A stretch of 64,000 nucleotides of DNA from Dicyema japonicum (lineage: Eukaryota > Animalia > Dicyemida). Position numbers and translations under genes: made by a program. Within the stretch, counting starts at the first letter, position 1; each line of letters starts with the position of its first letter. The stretch is taken from the NCBI GenBank assembly GCA_011109175.1, contig RDEW01000064.1, positions 74,653-138,652 on the forward strand. Direction: 5' to 3'. Under the pieces are notes generated by a model. It saw only the letters and a program-made list of their open reading frames with translations, had not been told where the DNA came from and did no database searches. Shown here piece by piece: positions 51,801-61,693 of this stretch.

Positions 51801-54262
51801 TTTATTATTCCCCACTCAACAAGAGGGGTTTTCACTACTGCAAGTATGGAATATTTACCCTTAATGCTGTTTCCGCATAAACTCTGTTTCAGTAGAAGTG
51901 GAAACTGGGTACACTTAGTTAGTTGTTTACGTTAACTTTTTTTTCGGTGTATCCGGGGTTAATAAATTAAATCTAAAATTCGAAAAATGTAAAAGCCACC
52001 ACTTCATTTTTAGTTCACCCTTCCGATTCCCCAAAAGCCGTCCTGATCAAATCAGACGTGTTCGAGTCAATAACGCTAGACGTTTTATTTTTCCTTGGAC
52101 ATCCATTTTATATATTTTTATTCTCCAGTTTTATATTTTCTACTTTTTTGTGCATCTTTGTCTAACATTAATTCTCTACCTTATTTAAATATTATGAGAA
52201 GCATCATAGGTGCTTAGACATAGGTGCATTCACTTCCAGAGTTCAAGCACGTGAGATGTCTCAACGGAGATCGGCTGGAATAAGAACCACAATGCTACGG
52301 TTCTTGTCCTTTTCGAATTTTCAGCACTACTCTCTGCAGAACACACGCACAATGATGACTCTAGAGGAATTGCGTTTGAGAAATTATCCGTGAACGTTGA
52401 ATCCTAAGAAAGACATCTCAATTGGCTCCATGGCATGATCGTTACGCTCTCCGGCCTCTTTTCATCACCTTTGTCATGTCCGTCGGCTTCCAATGGGTCA
52501 CAGTGGTAAGACATTAGAAAAAGTTTGAAAATTTGTTTTTAAATTGGGATTTCCCATTCTAATATAATTTCTATCCACGACGCACGTGAGACCCGGTGGC
52601 TACTCCAGTTGATCTTTGTTGCAATCGTGAAAGGCAACGCAACGTCGATAATGTCGGTGGGGTCCATTTTGGATAAATGGCATTTTTAAATAAAAGAATA
52701 AATTTTGTCAATTTAAATTTAATTTCTATCGCAACGTCGATAATGTCGGTGGGGTCCATTTTGGATAAATGGCATTTTTAAATAAAAGAATAAATTTTGT
52801 CAATTTAAATTTAATTTCTATCCCATTTTTTGTACCTGTTGATTAATTTTAAAAATATTTATAATTATTATGCATTCGAAAAATAATATATTATTTATGC
52901 TAGATATATAAATGGGCGCATAGTGCTATGTGGTTCCACGTGGCTACTTGATTGAAGATTTCTCATCCATCCCTCTGGTGCCGTCATTGGATTCACCAAT
53001 GCCTGGCCAGCATTCAAAAGGATTTATCCATTCCTCTAAGATACAATTTTGATCCCTAGCAAAGAATTCTGGATCGACTTCAGCTTCTCGGACAACGGCT
53101 TCCTGATAACATCTAGCATTTGCCATCTATGAAACGCGTCAATTAGGTAAGTTCTATTATGGGTTTCCCCAAGTGGCAATATTGTACTTTAATATTGGAA
53201 ATATGAATCCATTTACACCCTTAGGCTGGTTTTGTCTCTTATTGACGTAAGCTTAACAAAATCCATTGTAACTTATAAATTTTCGTCGTAGTTTTCCGTT
53301 TGATCGAAACTGCATCGTCCTAACTACACTGCAATATAAATCGGGAGTGTGGGTACTAACCCAGACATGAAAAACAACTAAGGACTCGACAGCATCCGAA
53401 AAATCTGAATCTCTAGAAGAGCGTGGCGGAGTCTAACAGAATAGATGATTTGAATGGCACAGACAACGGGAAGAATTTAGCTTTCACATTGCGATTGTGT
53501 ATATAAATTATGATTTATTATAACATGAATGAGGCCTACTGTGTTGTCTACTAAATTACCGGACACATATCTTGCCGATTCGATTGATCTAAGACGCTAT
53601 TCTGAAAGAATACAATTTTGAAATATTTTTCCTACTGTGTTGTCTACTAAATTACCGGACACATATCTTGCCGATTCGATTGATCTAAGACGCTATTCTG
53701 AAAGAATACAATTTTGAAATATTTTTTATTTAATAAAGCAATTTATTACGTAACAAAACAAACCAAATAATCCAGCAGAAAGAATTAAATGGCTGTTTTT
53801 CCTTACAACTTCCAGAAAAATCCTTTGGAACAGTCATTTGGTTTCCCAACGTTCGTTACCTGCTTTCGATATCATATACCCAAGTGATCTTACAAAAGAC
53901 CGTCTTGGGCCCAAAGATTCTACTCGTTTCGACGACACGACCTGTACGTATTCTGGTGGAGAGGCTGTCATATTTTCTTATTTTGGAATTCCAGGGCCAT
54001 CGGTTCCAGATATGACGGAATCCAGCTGTTCCAAGATAGCGCATGACCATGTTAATAGCTACAGAGACGTACAGATTCCTGTTTTCAATAATTTCTGAGC
54101 TATTAACGACCCCCTACCTAAGAAGAAACCGTTATGGGCTTCATATATATGATTAAATATTTTTAGATTAATATTCAAAAAAATTTCATTAATTCATTTA
54201 GAGCCTTATTTCGTGAAGCCTGTATTGAAAAAAACATTATTTTCTCCAATATCCTGATTCTG
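48849..54262. repeat. Copy C (most complete) of the mosaic segmental duplication
   Basis: Colinear with copy B, then copy A, then 5591-5758. Confidence 0.9.
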
Positions 54263-54830
54263 TCTTGACTCTTGTAAGCTTCCCTTTATATACCTTTCAC
54301 AAATTTATAGACTTCTCAATTGTTAGCCAGAATGAGAAAATCATACTCCGTAATATTAAATACAACAAATTCATCTTCAAAAAGAACTACCGTACAAATC
54401 AAGTAGCTTCTCAAGTTAATAAAAAACAATTCTCCGTCCTAATATAACAAATTTGCCTATTGGTCTAACTAGGCTGATTTGAATCTATTTTACAGTTTTG
54501 AGTAATATTTCGGTACAATCGGAATCGGCCTGTTGTATTTTCGGTTTAATTCTGCTACATAAGATTTTATGTCTACAAAAGTTTATTAATCAGGATACGA
54601 TGCTGTTTTTTGGGTGACTTTATCATTATGGAAGATTTTACCTGCAACGTTTGTTCCCGGGATAAAAAACGTCCATTGTTTGATTTTTCCTTGTTATTCT
54701 CATGGAATGTGTCGAGCTGTCAAGATCCTATCACAAGTACTTATCACAAATATCGACAAGGAATCGAACCCAATTAGCGCAGCAAATCCTTACCGTTAAT
54801 GCATTTAATATAATCAACTTTGGTAATTTA

Positions 54831-55868
54831 TCAATATTTAATCAACTCAATGCAAGTAGTGGGCATATTATGAACTTTCAACAACAATAAAATCCACAGA
54901 GTGTTTCAGTCACATATTTTGAGGTTCTCTGAGTTTATGGATATTAACCTAATTCCATTCTTGTGGTAAATCGGAATACAATCAAATATACAACTACTGA
55001 CTTCAATGTCATCATTAACATCCTTTATCGTATAACATTGCTTAAGGATTCATGATTCAAACACAGAAATAGTCCCAGTTGATGAAGTAAAAATCTGATC
55101 ACCTAATATTGTACAGGAAAGCAGATATCTATTTCTTCGTTAAACTCGCAAGTCCCCTTCCATCATAGAGATTCCGTACACGTGACAATTTTCTTTAATA
55201 TTTCCAACAAGTAAATGGTATTTTGAGGGATCAACGGCTAAGGTAGAAATTTCATTATATGGAGTAGACAGAAAGATATCCATGGAACTTCTTCTGTCAA
55301 CAAGATGTATTCTACCGGCTAAATCTCCACCAATGCACAAATTCTTAAATAAAACTGAGTACTACCATAAACGGATGATGAACAAGTATAAAAATAGGAA
55401 ATGAGAATCGCATGATATAACCCTCCCAAGTCCTTCTTCCACGTCGCATATTTGAAGTGTTCTTTTCTTGCTTTCAAAAGCCAAGTAAATGAGGAATCGT
55501 CGTTGCTAAACTTGTGATTGACAATGTTATTTCTTCCAAATTGACGTCGTTCTAATTTTTGTACAGTTTATTATAGAACCAACGTTGAGGGAANGACAAT
55601 GTTATTTCTCCCAAATTGACGTCGTTCTAATTCCTGAAAAATTTATTGTAGATCCAACGTTGAGGGAAAAGTCATACAGACATACATTTTCGAATTTTCC
55701 AGCAGCAATCAAGTCACTATTGGAAGTGACTTGAGCACAGTTCACCTGCGCGGCACTGAAATCTACTAATTTGAATGATAAAGAGAATTGTTCGTGAAGT
55801 TTTATGGTTTAATCCAAACTGCACGTGATGAGACCAAAATCTAAATTTTCAACGTAACACAGAACCAT
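54831..55868 (-). pseudogene. MLST8: Divergent WD40 protein resembling TOR complex subunit LST8, disrupted
   Basis: LITCSLD*TIK, QVNCAQVTSNSDLIAAGKFENVCLYDF, HHPFM|NLCIGGDLAGRIHLVD and ISTLAVDPSKYHLLVGNIKENCHVY parallel the LST8 repeats in order; 22-nt and 28-nt GT-AG introns; several stops and frameshifts. Confidence 0.62.
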
Positions 55869-55958
55869 TAATAAATTTAATGAAATTAAAATATTTTAAT
55901 TCTATTTCTAAATATTATTTCTTGAAATTTCTTTTGATATTTTTTATACACTATGATT

Positions 55959-56557
55959 GGAGAAAAACATTGGCAAATGCAGCATTACAAAGGCTTAAAA
56001 ATCTTTGGCTAAAACGGAAAGGATATAACATAAAACAAAGGAATATGTTATACGACACTTTCATCAAACCAATTCTACTATACTACTCTGGGACCTGAGC
56101 CACCTCTAAAGAGGAATTGGAGAGGCTAGACTCATTTCACAGGAATCATCTAAGAAACATAACTGGAATGTCCTGGCCATCCAAGATCTCGCGGAATGCA
56201 CTGTACAATAAGTGTGACTGTATACCATTAAGCCACAAGATCATCAGCTCTCGTTGGAGACTTTTTGGACACGTCCTGAGGTTGGACCCGATGTCCCCTC
56301 CGAATATCGCAATGGAAGATTACTACTCCTCCAATGTAAAACGCTTTCGTGGAAGACCGAGAACTACCCTACCGTTCTACAAAACGATCTAAAAGCCGTG
56401 AAGAAAACATTGGTATCTGGTGACAATCTGGACTCACTGAGGGACCTAGCAAAGAACAGTAGAGCTTGTAGCAACCTAACTAATTCTCTTATATTTTTTG
56501 CTGCACATGCAGGGCTATTAATATTATGGCTCTCGTGAAAGTGCTAATAATAATAAT
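55959..56557 (+). mobile_element. RTE family 2, short 5'-truncated copy
   Basis: Highly similar to 28133-28733; (TAA)n tail; short TSD TATGATT. Confidence 0.9.
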
Positions 56558-57319
56558 ATGATTACGAATATTTTCTAAAGACGAATTTTCATGTCAAAGT
56601 TTCTCAACTACACAGCTTATCTCTTAGCGCATAAGGTATTTGATAACTAATTATTTTATGTCAAATGTTTATTAATTTGCTATTTTTACTATGATTTAGA
56701 AGATCGATGGATATTGAAAGGTGGTTCTCATAAGATCCACAAAATATACAATTTTATTTACTTACCCAAGTTCTTATTAAGTGAAAGAAACCGATGGTAA
56801 ATAGAAATGTAGCGTCCAAAAACGGACGCTTCAGTGATCGGTCAGATGTATCGGGTTTGCAGGACCGTCTTGTTGTCTAGAACAGACATAATAATACTGC
56901 ACTTTACTAAGACCCAAATTAAGTATATTCATCCCAGGCAAGACACATACAATTTATTTAAATAAAGACAGTTATCATAACTCATCAATCAAAGAGAACC
57001 AATAAATTCTTTTTTTATTTTGTGTGAGTAGCGCATAGGATAATTTGAGTAGGCAGACAGGCCACACTAACAAATCTGAAAGACAGCTTAATCTATTGAA
57101 GTCGCAAGCTGGTCGGACCCCACACGATATAGGTCAATATCAAAATACAAATTAATAAATTATTACAAAAAAGCTAATTATTAACCATTTTTAAGTCTTT
57201 TAGAAGGTGTTTTTTTGATGGAACCTTTACTATCTTTAAAATTAACAAGATTGTGACAATTTTGTAACGTAAACATTTTATTGCGAAAAAAAGTGAGCAA
57301 ATGGTCAGTACGTGGCTAT

Positions 57320-58610
57320 TCCCACTCAGGATGGCGAGCGAGATTTGCTCGAATAACCACCAGCCTCGCAGGAATCTTCTGATAGTATAGAAATCTGATT
57401 CCCTATACGACTCAAGAATTTCATCGTCACAGACGCAAAGGAACCAGACGTCTCAACATCGAGTGGCAGCGAATTCCAAGTCCTCGTAATCTCACTGGCA
57501 TTGTGGCTTGCTTCCATGAATAATCCTCTAACCGGACGTTGAAGATACGTTCAGCTGTTGTACGGAAGATATCGTTACTCTGTGAGAGATGGTCATACAG
57601 GATGAAATAGGGAGCAGTCCTCATGACATATGCANGCTGTTGTACGGAAGATATCGTTAATCTGTGCGAGTTGGTCATACAGGGTGAAATAGGGAGCAGT
57701 CCTCATGACATGTGAAAGCCTCTATACGTTGAGACTGTTTTTCAGGAGGAATAATGCTATATGCACTTCACGTAGACACAAGGAGTCTAGAGTCTCTCAG
57801 AGTAACAGTCGTTTTTCACGTATAGCTCTCCCCATTGCATTTATGGTGATCCGAGGAATATAAAGTCTTCATTGGGTGTGGACTAAGTAATAAATTTGCG
57901 AAAAAATGACAGATTTTGAATACTTCTCTTCTGAATGTCCACCGTAGTGTAATTTGATTCCAGTCCAGCTGCTGACAGTGCAGGAATTATCGCATAAATT
58001 CCCAGAAAATAATATCTTGGGGTCCTCAGACGACCGATCATTTAGATACCATAGGTTTAGGGGTGACTGCGGAGGTTTGCCATTCTCTCAATTGCAAGAC
58101 AGAACAACAGGGGTCCATCTCCTAGTTGCACTCTGAAATACAAAGAGATTATGTAGTCCCCAAAAACTAAGGACGAAGATATACTGTATGACTGATTCAC
58201 ATATTCGAAAATATGCATCTCTCTACACAGGCCTCTAGGATATTGTTCTCTTTAGACTATTGAAGGCGGTATTTATGTCCAGTTTGTCTTGGACATGCCC
58301 CAGGAATCTACTAGTTTAGGAATGTTCTCATTGAATCGATAACGGCTTCGCATCCCAGGCGATGACGACATCTACTTGAGGTAGGTTCAAGAATTGTGAC
58401 TAGTCGAAAGTCAGGAGGCAATCTTAGCAGCCAGCCTTCTGAAAACAACCCCGACCACAACCAGGTTGTACTCTGACACCCTTCTTATCGAAGGCTATCA
58501 AATTGGTAGAGAACAGGACGTAGTAGATAACTTTTGGAAGTACTCCATACAAAATCCAATTCATAAGTCAGGTAATTGAACACTCAAGATGACTGTTAGC
58601 ATACAGGGTA
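57320..58610 (-). mobile_element. Second, highly decayed CRE-clade element
   Basis: FRRLAAKIA, TAFNSLKR, VQLGDGP, YVMRTAPY, WKQATMPVRLRGLGIR and PLDVETSGSF parallel the 9.6-12.7 kb element. Confidence 0.75.
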
Positions 58611-58611
58611 T

Positions 58612-59546
58612 TGGTGCATTATAGTTCCCCTAAGCATTTTAGTACTTCTTAATAAATTGTAGTACTCCCTAAGTAATCATAGTACCCCTAAGCAATTATT
58701 TTTAATAATTTTTAGCGCTAATAGGTTTGTTTATGTGCTAGAAACAGCTTGCTCTACTTATCACTCTAAATCACCGTGAGACTGGCCGCAAAAAATGGCG
58801 ACCTTGACATGGTTCTAGTTGTAATAAACTGGACATGGTAGAAGAATGGGATTTATTATCAGATCACTCATTAGAAAAATGTGGGAAATGTGAAGGAAAC
58901 TTAAAAATACGAATAAAAAAAACAAGGAAAGACAAAGTACTTCAGGCGCTTTATTAAATGCAGAAATGAGACAGGTTTTTTTAATAAGACATTTTTTCCA
59001 TATCAATACGAAAATGATGGAAAAACTAGTAAATTAGATATTTGGTTGAAACTATTGTTTTTATATTTTGAAGGCAAAACAATAAAGGAAATAATAGACA
59101 TAACGGGGATTCAGAACAACCACACAGTTGAGAGAGTATGGAGAGAGTGCAAAGCAAGATTGTTAGTTAAATTAAGGGGTGTGCCAATAGAGTGATTACA
59201 ATCCCATCTCGATTTTTTTCATTCATTTACGAATTTAAATATGCAAAGCAAGATTGTTAGTTAAATTAAGGGGTGTGCCAATAGAGTGATTACAATCCCA
59301 TCTCGATTTTTTTCATTCATTTACAAATTTAAATATGACTGCCCATTTTCAATTTTTATGAAGATTTTGGGAGATAAGTTCTATCTGGTATTGTTTGTTG
59401 TTTTATGGTTAAAAATTATTATTTTTATGGCGGGTACAATAATTGTTTAGGGTTTAATAAAATTATGTAGAAATACTATAAGTGCTTAGGGAGTACTATA
59501 ATTGTTAAGGGAACTAAAAGCGCTTAGTGTGTACTATAATGCACCA
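58612..59546 (+). mobile_element. Merlin/IS1595(ISXO2)-like transposon, internally deleted
   Basis: Long imperfect TIRs TGGTGCATTATAGT... / ...ACTATAATGCACCA built from roughly 20-bp AGTACTCCCTAAG subrepeats; zinc ribbon CGKC; HTH-like IKEIIDITGIQNNHTV fused to ERVWRECKARL..RGVP..LQSHLD. An extra inverted left-end fragment lies at 59681-59873. No clear TSD. Confidence 0.7.
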
Positions 59547-61254
59547 GTATGTATAGCACTAGTAACCATAGTCTTTAGTGCTTTGCAACAACAATCACTT
59601 TCGAGACAAACTTAAAAATTTTGTTTTTCCTTCGTAAAGGGGGAACCGATGTCAAGTTCTCCCTTTTTGTCCTTTGAAACGCCAGTCTCACGGTGATTTA
59701 GAGTGATAATTGGAGCAAGTTGTTTCTAGCATTTATATAAACTTATTACCGCTAAAAATTATTAATTTTATAAAAATAAGAAAAATTACTTAGGGGGTAC
59801 AATAATTACTGAAGTGTTAATATAATTACTTAAGGGTTACTATAATTGCTTAGGGGTACTAAAAGTACTTAAGGCACGAATGGCCAACCTATATCGCTCG
59901 TGAGCTACTTTTTATATATCGATTTATCTGGCGATTGACTATACAATTTTTGTATTTTAATAACAATTTTTTAAATATTAGATTTTATTTACCAAAAAAA
60001 GAGAAAAAGAAACAGACGTGTCAAAAATAGAGAGAATTTTTATTTTATAGTAAAAAATTTAATGCTATTTTTGTCATTGTAATTTTCCTGCAATTATTTC
60101 AAATTCTAGCTCATATGAGGGGGAAAGTTGATGGTTCTTTTCGTTCCTTTCCTGAATGGGTGACACTTTTTCGGGTGAGCCACAAGACAGCATGTTAAGC
60201 ACACGTCTAGAGACTAAGCTTCACAAAATCAATTCGATATACCGGAAAACTATATTTATGGAGGGTCTCATTTTGAATCAATGGTTAATTCTTTACTCGC
60301 GGAAGCTACGACCTCATTAATAAAAAATGACTCTCACCTAAAAAAATAGTATTTTATGGCAAAACCGCCCCAGTTATTACATCAGAAGGCTCATTGAAAA
60401 GGTAAGGCGATTACATTTGCACTTTAGTAGAACGTACGGCATCAAAAAGTCAAAGAATTTGTAGACTCATTTGTTCAACTCTACTGTCAGTACTCAGAGG
60501 GTTGAATCCAGGAGGACACTCAATAATGACAGATACACAGGTCAGATTTAATAAATTTGATATTTTTGTCAATGATAGGTGAAACAGTGATTGTAATCGT
60601 CGAGATTGAAATTACGTCTAAGGATTATTAAAGCGCAGTGAATTAGAGAAATTGTATAAATATTATTTATTGGCTGGATAACTCAAACTACTGTATGGAG
60701 ATCTATTCAAAGTCATCTCTGTTGTTTTAACGTGGGGACGGTGAAGTTTCGAATTCTTATAAATCTCACTTACATTCTATTTGTCGTCCTCAAAAGACGT
60801 TGGAGAGTATGTTTGGTGGACCATAAATATGAAGTATTCATTATTGAGGAAGAGTTGGTTGGAGCTAAAAACTCAGTTCGTAAACGAGATGGGCGACGAG
60901 GCTCCTCTTCTAAGAGGAGAAAGGTCTGGTTCTTTTTATTCGCAACAGAACGTTCCTCTGTTCTTACATATTGAAGATTCGGAGACTGGCACTTTCCTAA
61001 GTTTATCTTTTAGTAATTTTGGTAGCCCTTTTTTGCTAGCCTCGATTTTCATGGAATTTGTCCAAGAGCTAAACGGGCCACATGAAGTTGATAGGCGATT
61101 GTCCTCTAAAAAACGTTAAGATGGTCCACATGTCGCAATCTTGATGTTGCAATCTGAATATCCCTACCACGTAAGGCCAGAACAATTCGTCTTCATAAGC
61201 TAGTAAGAGGTAGTTCTCGTTTTCTGTAGTGGGAAGATCGGTCAAAATAAAATA

Positions 61255-61548
61255 TTAATGTCGACAGTTGTACTTATCTACCCCCTGTCTTTTAGGGCGA
61301 AAGAAACCAGTGACTATCAAAAACGTAACTACAAAGAGCTGACGCTCCCAGTGATCTGACAGGTATATTTGGTTCTGTGTAAATCTCGGAGGTGGAGCCG
61401 TACAAGAGAAGAGGTAACCCGTATTCTGGTTGTCAAGAAAGCATAATGGACATGGTGGAGAGGACGATTGTCCAATCTTGTACCGATGCGAATGTAAATC
61501 TATATGGTACCCACACTTTAGGCTCGCCAAGTTGACTCGAAGCTTCAA
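61255..61548 (-). mobile_element. Non-LTR retrotransposon C-terminal remnant
   Basis: LASLKCGYH...CPLC...YLFSC, homologous to 4493-4735. Confidence 0.6.
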
Positions 61549-61693
61549 TTCCGTCGATAATTAGTTTCCTATGGCTTAGTTAGATATCAAATTTGTGACT
61601 CTTGATTATTTGAAGGGTAAAGATCTCCACTCGCCAAGTTGACTCGAAGCTTCAATTCCGTCGATAATTAGTTTCCTATGGCTTAGTTAGATA

